Of a stretch of DNA of 64,000 bases, positions 11,966 to 22,169 are shown one piece after another. Position 1 is the stretch's first letter. Each line of letters starts with the position of its first letter. Location: assembly GCA_027923505.1 (NCBI GenBank), contig BROI01000016.1:372001-436000 (forward strand). Reading direction: 5' to 3'. The notes below the pieces were generated by a model that was not told where the DNA came from, did no database searches, and saw only the letters and a program-made list of their open reading frames with translations. Both the position numbers and the translations under genes were made by a program. Source of the stretch: Mayamaea pseudoterrestris. Its lineage: Eukaryota.

Positions 11966-13591
11966 CTAACGCACTTGAGCTGTCCAGCTAGTCTTGCTCT
12001 TGACTTCAGCAAATGTCATGTCAGCAGCCGTGGTCTTGCGTTTGACGGGCGCCGCAAACACGTTCCAAAACCGCAAGGTTTCATCGCCAGCCGCCGATAC
12101 AACAGTTCCACCATCCGAACTGACAGCCATGTGCAAAACACGAGCAGAGTGGCCTTCGAACTCTTTGATCTTCGCCATGCTTGGATATTTCCACAAAGCG
12201 AGCTGGTTGCGAGCAAAACCATGACTTGAAAGAATCTCCTTTTCATATGGATTCCAAACCAAGGAGCAAACCTGTGAGCCAGTCTCGATCGAATTCAAAA
12301 GCGCACCAGTCTGCGAGTTCCAAAACTTGATGGTGCGGTCCGCCGTGCCGCCACCTGTCGCGAGCAAGTTGCGCTCATGGGGCGACCATGCCAGCGCCTT
12401 GACAGCGGCAAGGTGATCCGTCAACTGGAAGCGAGGTTGCTGGCTTCGACTGCTAGCACTGGCCGAAGCGTCCCAAAGGCAAAGCAGATTGTCATTGCCG
12501 CCACTTGCCAGTGTTTCGCCATCTGGATTCCAGGTGAGACCACATACCTCCTGCGTGTGACACTGCAAGGTGGCCACGGCATGCTGAGCCACGCGGACGT
12601 CATGATTGATAATGCTAGTATCTCGACTCGCACTCGTCAATATGTGTCGGTTCCAGGCCAAGGAACCGACGCGATCCGAATGTCCGCTCATGGTTCGCAA
12701 TTGTTTGACTTGGTCCACGTCCCATAATTGCGTCTGTCCACAAGACGTTCCCACGGCCAGGTGCTGTCCACCTTGCTGAATCCATGACACAGAGCTAATA
12801 TAGGTAGCTCCATCCGCGGTGCAAAGCTCCGTAATGTCGCCCGTCTCCGAGTTCCACAAATAGACTGTCTGTCCCAATGCAACAGCCAAGATATTTTCGG
12901 TGCTCCAGCTGATCAAGTTGAGGTAGTAGTCGTCCATGAGGTCGGGAGCATCCAAAATACGACAGGGCGCTGTCGGAAGACTCCGTGTGACAAGCTTGAC
13001 ATTAGTCTTTTTCGCTGCTGCAGACGCTGATGCCGAGTATAGAATGTTCAAATTGTTGACAGTGTCGCCCTTTGGAGCAGGCGCCTTGTCTTGATAGCTG
13101 AGAATGCGGCTGGATTTAATGTCGTCAACGCCAAACATGCAGTTTGAAAGGCTCGTCGTATATTGATTCTTGGTAGCATCTGAAATAGCTTTCGAATCAA
13201 GCTCTGCCGTAAGCTGTTCGACACTCAAATTCGTTTCGTCGGCGTAGTCTCGACTAGTGTTGGCGCTAGCCATTGAGCCGGATGCAGTGCGTAACAGATG
13301 CTGCGAGAGTTCCAGATTCATGCTTCCACGATTTGGAATAAAGCGATCACCTTGCAGAGATGATGAAGAAGCAGAGCTAGCAATACTTCCAGTGATACTT
13401 GGCGCACTTGTGCTACTTGCGCGTCCACCATTCGACTGGGCGCCCAGAGGCATGCGAGGGCGCTGCTCCTTTCCCTTTGTCTTGTCTTGCTGCGCCTGCT
13501 TGCGCTCCCAGCGAGACGTAACACTGCGCCCGACGTTATCAGAAAACGAGGTTTCCATGAGTGTCTCATACTCAACGACATGACGAGACAT
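11966..13591 (-). CDS. CDC20: APC/C co-activator CDC20/Fizzy (WD40)
   Basis: C-box GDRFIPNR, Mad2-binding-like RILSYQDKAPAP, RILDAPDLMDDYYLNL, seven-bladed WD40 region, C-terminal VR. Confidence 0.95.
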   Translation of the reverse strand: MSRHVVEYETLMETSFSDNVGRSVTSRWERKQAQQDKTKGKEQRPRMPLGAQSNGGRASSTSAPSITGSIASSASSSSLQGDRFIPNRGSMNLELSQHLLRTASGSMASANTSRDYADETNLSVEQLTAELDSKAISDATKNQYTTSLSNCMFGVDDIKSSRILSYQDKAPAPKGDTVNNLNILYSASASAAAKKTNVKLVTRSLPTAPCRILDAPDLMDDYYLNLISWSTENILAVALGQTVYLWNSETGDITELCTADGATYISSVSWIQQGGQHLAVGTSCGQTQLWDVDQVKQLRTMSGHSDRVGSLAWNRHILTSASRDTSIINHDVRVAQHAVATLQCHTQEVCGLTWNPDGETLASGGNDNLLCLWDASASASSRSQQPRFQLTDHLAAVKALAWSPHERNLLATGGGTADRTIKFWNSQTGALLNSIETGSQVCSLVWNPYEKEILSSHGFARNQLALWKYPSMAKIKEFEGHSARVLHMAVSSDGGTVVSAAGDETLRFWNVFAAPVKRKTTAADMTFAEVKSKTSWTAQVR

Positions 13592-14236
13592 GCTGTAATG
13601 TTGGGTTTGATGGAGGGAACGATGAAGAGAATGGGCGACGTTAGCGAATGGATCCCCCGGTCTACCTTACAATTTACAACTCTCTCTTATATCTTTTCCT
13701 TACTCTTCCAACAGGTTGCAAGAAGCGATTGCTCGCTGAACAGTTGTATTGCTGATGGGATTATTTGATCGTTTAATCGGTGTTTTCTGTTTTGTGGTCA
13801 TGGTCGATCTGGTCGAGCAGTCGAAATCGGCGGCTCGCTAAAAGAACGTAACAAAACGTGTTTTGGTATCTTTGTGACGAAATCCCCAGAACCGCTACGA
13901 CAGACAATATCGATAACTCTAACCTTAACATGCCTACAGGCGGTTTCAGCGACCCTCTTTCGCAAGCCACACACAAAATCCATCGCGAGATCGCTTCCAT
14001 CTTGCCGTTCACCCCGTGGATAGTCCGATATCTCATCGTTATCTTCTATTATTCTGCCACAATTCCTGATAACAGCGCTATTTGTTTGACCTTGTGGCGA
14101 CTGTTGAGACAATACTGATCAACAGCGTTGTGGAACATTACTACCCCGGTAGCAGCGAGATCCAAAAGTCCACTCGTTCCATTGATTTTCTGTGGGAAGT
14201 CGTTCCGACATCAAGCTAAAGCAACATCACATCAAC

Positions 14237-16889
14237 ATGCCAAAGGCAAGTACATCTACTAAGAAGAAGACCCTAGTTGCCAAGGGAGAGCGCAAGGTAA
14301 GTCATGCGCGAAACACAATGATGGGAAGGAGAGGTACAGAATATGTAGTCGACGAGACAGACTCACCGCCTCACACATGCGTATTGGTAAATCCAACAGC
14401 AACCTCGCCGCAAAACGGTTCCACTGTATCTGACGCTTCCAGACGAAAAGGCGAATTCAGCAGCTTCCCGTGTTTGGCTTGCGACGGCCAATTTGGAAAC
14501 CATTCAGGTGGCAGCTCGGCAAAAACGTCCTCCAGTGACTGGTCGCTTGACATTTTACACTCTAACATCGCCGACGGAACGTTTGAAAACTTTGCAAATC
14601 GCAAGTTACGCCATTCAACTTGCTGAGGAACGAGTCTTGCCGCTTTATGGAGGACGTCCATGGTCTTGTCACGTGGTGATCAAGGATAATCCTAAAGCTT
14701 GGTACATTTTCGATGCCAAGGGTCGCGTGCAGCCGGCAACGCTTCCACACTTGCTGCCATACAATACGATTCAAAAGAAGGCATGGAATGGAAAAAAGAA
14801 TGCGACTCCAAGTATGCGAGGATGTGCGACGTCTGCACCTCCAAAGTTTCCCAAGTTTCATGACGCTCGCGCAGACGTTTGCAGCGACGACGAATATGAC
14901 GTTATCGCGCATTTGCCTTCAGCTGCAGCAATTACCTCTACCGACTGCTTGGACCGCATGCGAGACTGGATTCTTGATGATGGATGTCAAATGACGACAC
15001 TTTCGAACCTGGCATGGACCACGGATGCGGAAACACGTCGCCTCAATGTTTCCATCAAGTGGACGAGCCCGCTTGGACTAACCTTTCGAACGCGTACCGC
15101 CGCTCATGCCGAAGCTCAAGTGCTTTGCAAACGTCAAGCGACACTGGATCGAGTCATTTTGGGCATTACGCCGGCGGGCAAGCCAGTGCCACTCAAACCA
15201 GTCGGCAAGCGACAAGGACTGACCTCTGGCAAGTGGCGATTTGAACGCGATGGATTGTGGGTGGTGGGTCAAGAGGATGAATGGCGAGTGAAGCGTCTGC
15301 TTGAGCAGTACGGCGGTATTGGCCCAGGCGAAGCGGAAACTAGTAGTGCTGCGGCAGCAGACTTGGTTAATTCCATGAGTCCATTGGCATATTATATTCA
15401 CTGCAATCGAAAGTCTCATCAAAGCTTGCGGTTGCGAGAGCTGAAGTTGCAAGCTGAACGAGAGTCTGCGTCGGAAGCGATAGCGAATTCTGTACACCTA
15501 ACAATCAACGCAGCATATACTCATGTAGACAAATGTGAAGCGACGATGGAGAGCGAAGCATCGGAATCGTCGGGAGTCTCATTACCACAGGCAATACAAG
15601 TCTCCTCCAGTGTGGTCTTAAAAAAGGCGTCATCTCAAGTTAAAATCAGTTTTACAATCCGCGAGGCAGAGACGGAGCTTCGAACCATGTGGAAGCAGCT
15701 CTCGGACGAGGAACGACAACAATGGTCGAATCAAGTCAAGTGCCTTTCTTTGACGGGCGAGACAACATCCTTGGGCGATACATCCAACGTGACGGAACCG
15801 GTCAAAGGGATTCTGGCCACCACTGCCATCGACGAGTCAATTCTCTTTGAAGAGACTGGCAACAGAGAGTCAAGGTCAATGGAGCTAGGCACTTTGCTCG
15901 TGGAGCCGGTAGCTATCAGTATACCTACGACACCGACAACGAGTGACAGCTTAGACGCGATGATTTCAGCGGCCAAAGTCTCGCCTTCACCGGTGCCTGA
16001 CGAGACCAGTACATCAGCAACCCTTTCTCATAAAGACCATTCGGAAGAGATCATGTTTCGCCTTCCACCGCAAGTCTCGAAGCATATCGACCGCGCATCT
16101 TGGCGACTTGATCAAGAACAAATCAAGCTTTGCTACGATGCCGGTATGGAACATTATGATCAAGTCATGCGAACAGTCCAGCTCCGCGACTTGCACCGCG
16201 AACTTCAAGATGGATTTGACGTGTTGCGAGAGAGAGGCCGAGGTAGATACGACATGGAACTTCCGGCTTTTGACGAGCCAGTGTTTGATTTTATAACCGA
16301 TTTGAAAAAAGCTCCGTGGATGCCCATTGTTCGTGAAATTCTAGGCAAGAATGTCATGCTTATCCACAAGGGCATGTTCCTGAGTATGCCTGGAGCGCTT
16401 CCACAACCGTATCATCAAGATGGGCTGCATCTGAATCAGCAATATCAAAAGCCTTGCCATGCGATCAACGTCTTCGTTCCACTAATCGACATGACCATGC
16501 AGCATGGCCCGACCGAGTTTTGTTTGGGTAGTCACATTCTGGGCAAGGAAGATCTCCGGAGAGAGTTTTGCGTCACTCCAGTTGTTCCTGCAGGCACTCC
16601 TGTCATTTTTGACTATCGATTGGGGCACCGTGGGCTCGGGAACACGGCAAACACTTGTCGCCCGATTGTATATTGCACATATGCATGTGCTGCCGACGGC
16701 AAGGAGTTCAGAGACTCTGTCAACTTTTCTCGCAAACGATACCGCAAGCTTGGAGATATTGTTTGCAATGAACTAACACGAGATGAACGAGCCAAGAAGC
16801 GCCGCCTTCAATTCGACGAGATATTAGACGCGGCAGGAATTGCCTCATGCAGTGCTGATCCATCGCTTACTGTTGATCAGTTATTATGA
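14237..16889 (+). CDS. Protein with a split HMG-box-like segment and a C-terminal PhyH-family Fe(II)/2-oxoglutarate dioxygenase domain; exons 14237-14296, 14400-16889
   Basis: ATG at 14237; gtaagt donor at 14297 and cag acceptor ending 14399 give an in-frame join to the 798-aa ORF. PhyH motifs QPYHQDG (HxD), INVFVPL, GPTEF-LGSH, FDYRLGHRG, RPIVY. HMG-like SPLAYYIHCNR ... ELRTMWKQLSDEERQQW. Confidence 0.85.
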
Positions 16890-17108
16890 AGCAACTTAAT
16901 GCAATTAAAGTCGCCGACGAATCAAACCAAAGCCCGTGACATACAGTAGGTGTCTTTGTTTGGTTGCTTTCCATCACCTCACAGCTAATATCTTTAAACG
17001 TAAAATTTGTCAAGTACTAAGGTATCAATGACTACTGTCATTATTGTCTTTAATAACCTATGGTCTTTTGGTAACTGTGAGGCCCTGACAAGCTCGCGCC
17101 GTTCCAGT

Positions 17109-18462
17109 TTACATGATTGATAACAAGAAGTGATCCGCCAAGAATGCTCCAATCGGTCCGCCAAACAGTGGCCCGACAATGTAAGGCCAAACAGCCTGAA
17201 AGGAAACACGCCATCCCCATCCACCGACAAGCCACGTTACCAGCCTTGGTCCGAGTTCTCTTGCCGGATTGAATGAGCCACCCGTTAACGGTCCCAATGA
17301 ATAGACGAGCATTCCATAGACAAGCCCCAATAAAATTGGAACAACTGTTCCAGCAATCGGAATCTTTGGATGCGTCAGGACAAAAAGCGCAAAAGATAGC
17401 ACTCCAGCACCAAACGCTTCTATGCACCCGGCGTGTATATTATTGGTGATGAGTCGGGTCGAATGAAGACTTGCGAGAATGATAAAGGCTAATGAGTGAT
17501 GAAGATGCTGCGACGACTTCTTTGACGTCGAAACGTACCTGTAATAGTCATTAAAAGCTGCGGCACTCATCAAACTCGCATCAAATCCCCTTTCCAAATG
17601 ATAGTCCTGCTCAAAACTAGCAATAGCAGCATGAAAGAGAAGCAAAGTGACCATTGCTCCCAAAGCCGCCCCCAAGACTTGCGCCATCCAGTAGGCGGCC
17701 AATTTACTTTGTAGCCGAAACTCGGCAGGTCTGACCAACGCAAAGGAAAAGCTTACTGATGGGTTTACATGACCTCCGGAAAGTGCCGCACTTGTTAGCA
17801 TGGCAATTGCCAAGGCGCCGCCCCAAATTAACGCGGTAGTTGTCGGAATGGAAGACACGGCCGTTATGATTGATGAATTACTGCTTGCGACTTCTTCATT
17901 AAACTCGGACATGCTACGATTTAAGTACAAGCTGCTCTTGTGACTCAAATGATGCTTGCCAGAGTGATGAGATGAACCTCCTCCGTATCCATCAGCATGA
18001 TCGCCTCCGCTGCTGTGCAAAATGTATAGATTGACAGCATTTGCGGCCGTCCCAAGCTGAACCAGAAGAAATGTACCCATGGTTTCGGCAAGAAACATGC
18101 TTTTGAGTGGCACTGGCAGAGGACCTTCGGATGCTTGCGCTCTATCGGCCGCTAAATTGTCTGGCAGAAGCAATTCTCGCTCTTCGTTTGGCGAACGCGT
18201 AATGGCGCCTGCAATGAAGGATGAAAAAGTGTTTACGTCATGTTAAGCAAGTCGTTTTTAAAGTTCGAGTATGCCATGCTGGCTCTGAATAAAGTGATCG
18301 ACTGAGCAATCATGCACATACGGCGTATAGCTTTTACTCACCATAGCCGGTAACAGCCCTTCCAGCTCCCTCCTCCGCTTCCTCGCCTTCCATGTTCATA
18401 TTCCTTCTTTCCTCTTGGTCGTCACCGACAAAATCACTCTCGTTGGATGCTGCAGCTCCCAT
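17109..18462 (-). CDS. Aquaporin / aquaglyceroporin (MIP family); exons 18462-18342, 18208-17539, 17469-17109
   Basis: FLAETMGTFLLV, SGGHVNPSV, GGSFNPARELGPRL, WPYIVGPLFGG. Intron 18209-18341 and a probable in-frame intron 17470-17538. Alternative upstream ATG at 18504. Confidence 0.9.
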
Positions 18463-19019
18463 GGTGATAGGTGGATTCGATTGCTGAAGATCGCGACGTG
18501 TCATGCTGGTTCTGATCTTTCGAAGAAGCAAAGGCGACGAGAGCGCGACTGAATACGCGTCGGTCCGTTTCTAAGCTTCCGTGCATTTTTTCGCTCATTT
18601 CGTGCCAACTGCAGCTTCGTCTCTTGAAGTTTCAAACACTTTATTCAATTCCCTCAAGCAAACATCCCACACACGTCAACCCATCTCCCTCGCGACAACG
18701 CGAACCAAAGTCCGCACCAATAGAATGATTGGACTCGCTGGCAGAACAAAACCAATGATTTGGGTTGGACTTAACAATTCTACCGACCTCCTGCCAACAA
18801 AGCGTTTGCGTCTGCGCCGGATCAAGTAAAACTTGATGTACTGCAAGACACATGGCATTTCGCAAGATTCCATCGCGACAACTCGCCAAATAGCATGATG
18901 CTGCTGCAGTCACAAGTCAAAAGATAATGGAGATAGCGCGACTGTGTCAAGCTAAACTGATGGGTTCCTTCACAACTGTCGCAACACGGTGTTTGCACAT
19001 GCACTGCCACTGTCAATGC

Positions 19020-19260
19020 TGCTCATGCTGCTCCTGCTGCCGCTAAAGCTTTTTTGTTGCTGCTGCTACGGCTGCCGCTGCTGTTGCTGCTACAGGAGCT
19101 GCCGTTGCTCTTGTTGATAATGCAGCAGCTGCTGATGATTTTGTTGCTGCTGCTGCTGCTGCTTCCAAATTTGGGGTTTCCTGCTGATGCTATTATTGCT
19201 GCTGATACTGTTGTGGCTGTAGATGCAACTATTGGTGCTTCTTCTGCAAGCGGTGGTTTC
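19020..19260 (-). pseudogene. Decayed Gln-rich coding sequence / CAG-type low-complexity relic
   Basis: The minus strand reads CAG/CAA runs interrupted by TAG/TAA (cag ctc ctg tag cag caa cag cag cgg cag ccg tag cag; cag cag caa taa tag cat cag) with a frameshift between two Q-rich blocks. Confidence 0.45.
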
Positions 19261-19800
19261 ACCCTCCCATTAACTGTGTTTTGAAACCGCTGGCGAGTTG
19301 CCAATAAAGGCTCAATCCACTGTTGCTACAATGCCTATCTTGATCTTTGCACCAACACCAGACGAGCGCCTGGCAAGTTTCGCCTGCAGCGATGGCGGGA
19401 CCAGTTGGTTTAGGGAAGACATAAAACAAGTTCTTAAAGCGTCAGATCTAAAAAGGGGGGAGGCCGCTGAACCGAGTTCGATACCTCAGGATCTTCAAGC
19501 CTCGTTGCGCAAAGCTGCTACAGGTGCCCGAGGCAGCTGCTGCTCTGCTAAAGCTATCATATTTTCGGTGGTAATGCTGCTTTTGCTTAAGATTCTGGGG
19601 TTTGTGTAAGTGTCAGCTGTAGGTGCTTTGTTGCTTCAGATGTCATTTTGCTTTGTTAAAAACGCTCCTGCTATTGCTGCTTCTGGTTAAGTTCACCAAA
19701 GCTCTTTCAAAGCTGGAGCTTGTTTCGCACAATGCAATCAAGCTCGTGCTCGACTTGGAAGGTAAATCTTCTGTGAAGAATTACCTATTGACTTGTTGAA

Positions 19801-20160
19801 GTAAAAATTGTTTTTTTAAAACAAATAAAGCAGTGCCAAGGAAAAGAGAAACCACTCTCATCCTCAGCGACAACCCCGAATCTATGAAGTATTACATTAT
19901 ATCAATTCTGGAGCTGAAGAATTGTAGAGTTTTCTTTTATTTAGCTGATAAACCTCTGCAGCACTGCCGCAGATGATAGTGATTTGTTACATAACAAAGA
20001 AACTGCAGATTAAAGGTTTTCGTCAATAAATATAAAAAAATTTACTTGAAGTAACAAGGATATAATTTAGAATATTGTTTTCTTTTGTTAATTTTTTTAC
20101 TTTACACCTTTTCTTTGCAATATCCCAAGCTGCTACCCTTCTGGTTTTCTTTAAAAGCTG
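19801..20160. other. AT-rich tract (about 31% GC by hand count, about 21% over 19981-20100)
   Basis: 113 G+C in 360 nt, against roughly 50% in the surrounding genes. Confidence 0.8.
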
Positions 20161-20199
20161 TCTTTGATTGAGCAATTGGATGCCAGTGAAGACTTACAA

Positions 20200-21600
20200 G
20201 CGTTGCTCTTTTGACCTGTTATCTTTGAGGATCTTGGATTCCAAGGAGGTGTTTCACGACGCCATGAACAAAAATGTAACAATTTGTTAACCATGCAGGT
20301 GCTCATGTTCACCAGAAGCAGGCTTTTCATTCTCGCCGTCACTGAGCTTCTTGAGTAAGGATGCAGGAGCTCATTGGATGCTCCATTGTTACATCAGTGG
20401 CACCTTCTAGGCAGATTACCCTTCTAGTGGCGCTCAGAAGGATTTTCTAACTCGTTATCACTAGGCTACTTGGATGCCATGGAGGGGTTTAACCATACTA
20501 AATGAACATACAGGACAAGGGTTTGGCCATGCAGGTGCTCATTGGAGGTTCCATTGGTGCACCAGTCGCACCTTCTAGGCAGATGCCCCTACAAGTGGCG
20601 GTTCACTGAGCTATTCTAATGCCATGGAGGGGTTTCACCACACCAAATCATCATATGGGGCAATGGTTTGGCCATCCAGGTGCTCACGGGATGCTTCATT
20701 GGTGCACCAGTTGCGCCTTCTATTCAGATGCTCCTTGGAGTGGCACTCAGAAGGTTCCTCCTTCTCGCCGTCACTGATTACTTGGATGCCATGGCGGGGT
20801 CTCACCACACCGAATGGACATATGGGACAAGGGATTGGCCATGCAGATGCTCTTGGGATGCTTAGTCGGTGCTACATTGGCGCTTCTTTGCAGATGACCC
20901 AATAAGTGGTTCTCAAAAGGTTTTTCCTTCTTGCCATCACCGATCTACTTGGATGCCTTGGAGAAGTTTCACCATGCCAAATGAATATATGGGACAAGGG
21001 TTTGGCCATGCAGATGCTCATTGGATGCTCCATTGGTGCACCAGTGGCGCCTTCTAGGCAGACGCCCCTTCAACTGACGCTTTGAAGGATTTTCCTTCTC
21101 GCCGTCACTGAGCTACTTGGATGCCATGGAGTTGTTTCACCACACCAAATAAACATACGGGGCAAGGTTTTGGCCATGCAGGTGCTCAAAGGATGCTTCA
21201 TTGGTGCACCAGTGGCGCCTTCTAGGCAGATGCCCCTACAAGTGGCGCAAAGAAGAATTTTCTTTGTCACCATCTTTGAGTTACTTGGATGCCATAAAGG
21301 GGTTTCACCACACCAAATGAACATACAGGACAAGGGTTTGGCCATGCAGGTGCTCATAGGATGCTCCGTTGGTGCACCAGTGGCGCCTTCTAGGCACATG
21401 CCCCTACATGTGGCGCTTTGAAGGATTTTCCTTCTCGCCGTCACTGAGCTACTTGGATGCCATGGAGTTGTTTCACCACACCAAGTAATCATACAGGGCG
21501 AGGGTTTGGCCATGCAGGTGCTCACAGGATGGATGGTACACAGGTGCTATAGTGGCACTTTCTAGTTATATGGCCCATCAAGTAGTGCTTAGGAGGTTTT
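20200..21600. repeat. Tandem array of about 8 diverged 167-168-bp units
   Basis: The anchor ggccat(g/c)cag recurs at 20525, 20670, 20837, 21004, 21172, 21340 and 21508 (spacings 145, 167, 167, 168, 168, 168), with degenerate partial copies back to ~20220. Confidence 0.92.
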
Positions 21601-22169
21601 ATTTACACGATGAGCATGGCCAACACCCCAAGTTTTGGATGCTTACTACTAAGAGGCCCCATGTCCTGGCCACTTTACAACCCAATGAGCTAGGCAACAC
21701 CTTGTTTGGGTGTACCATTGACATGAGCAAGTCTCACTTTGTGCAAAAAGGACTGCCTGTAATGTAGCCGCTGACCAAAAAAGGATTCTATACTCAACTG
21801 CTTGACACCGCTCCAACACTTAGGGGCGAGTCGCAAGCTGCCAAAGAGCTTAGCATTGATTTGCATCAAGTAAGGTGTCAGAGGTATGCTGTGATAGTAT
21901 GCCATTGTTTCAATCACCTTTGCTAAACTGCTCAGTGAGACTATTAAAACATGTGTCGCCAGCCAGCTCCCGTGGGACGTGCTGAATCACTAAACTGTAG
22001 CAAAGCATCAACGACGCCGCGTACGCCTCGTTCGCCGTATCTGGCGAGGTCTAGGCAAATAAAACCCTTGATAATGATTATTCGGGAATGCATCTTCCTC
22101 GTCATTTCTTACAGCTAAAGTATAACTAGTAATAATGTATAGTGTCAAGTTTCTTACCATCACTCATGA

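Noticed and set aside
20200..21600. CRISPR-like or ankyrin-repeat reading of the array (GETPLWH)
   Set aside because: Whole units are homologous with no unique spacers and no cas genes; the 56-codon period does not match the 33-aa ankyrin repeat.
21550..21950. Transposon remnant flanking the array
   Set aside because: CpG-poor like the rest of the island, but no transposase/RT motif, TIR or LTR could be identified.
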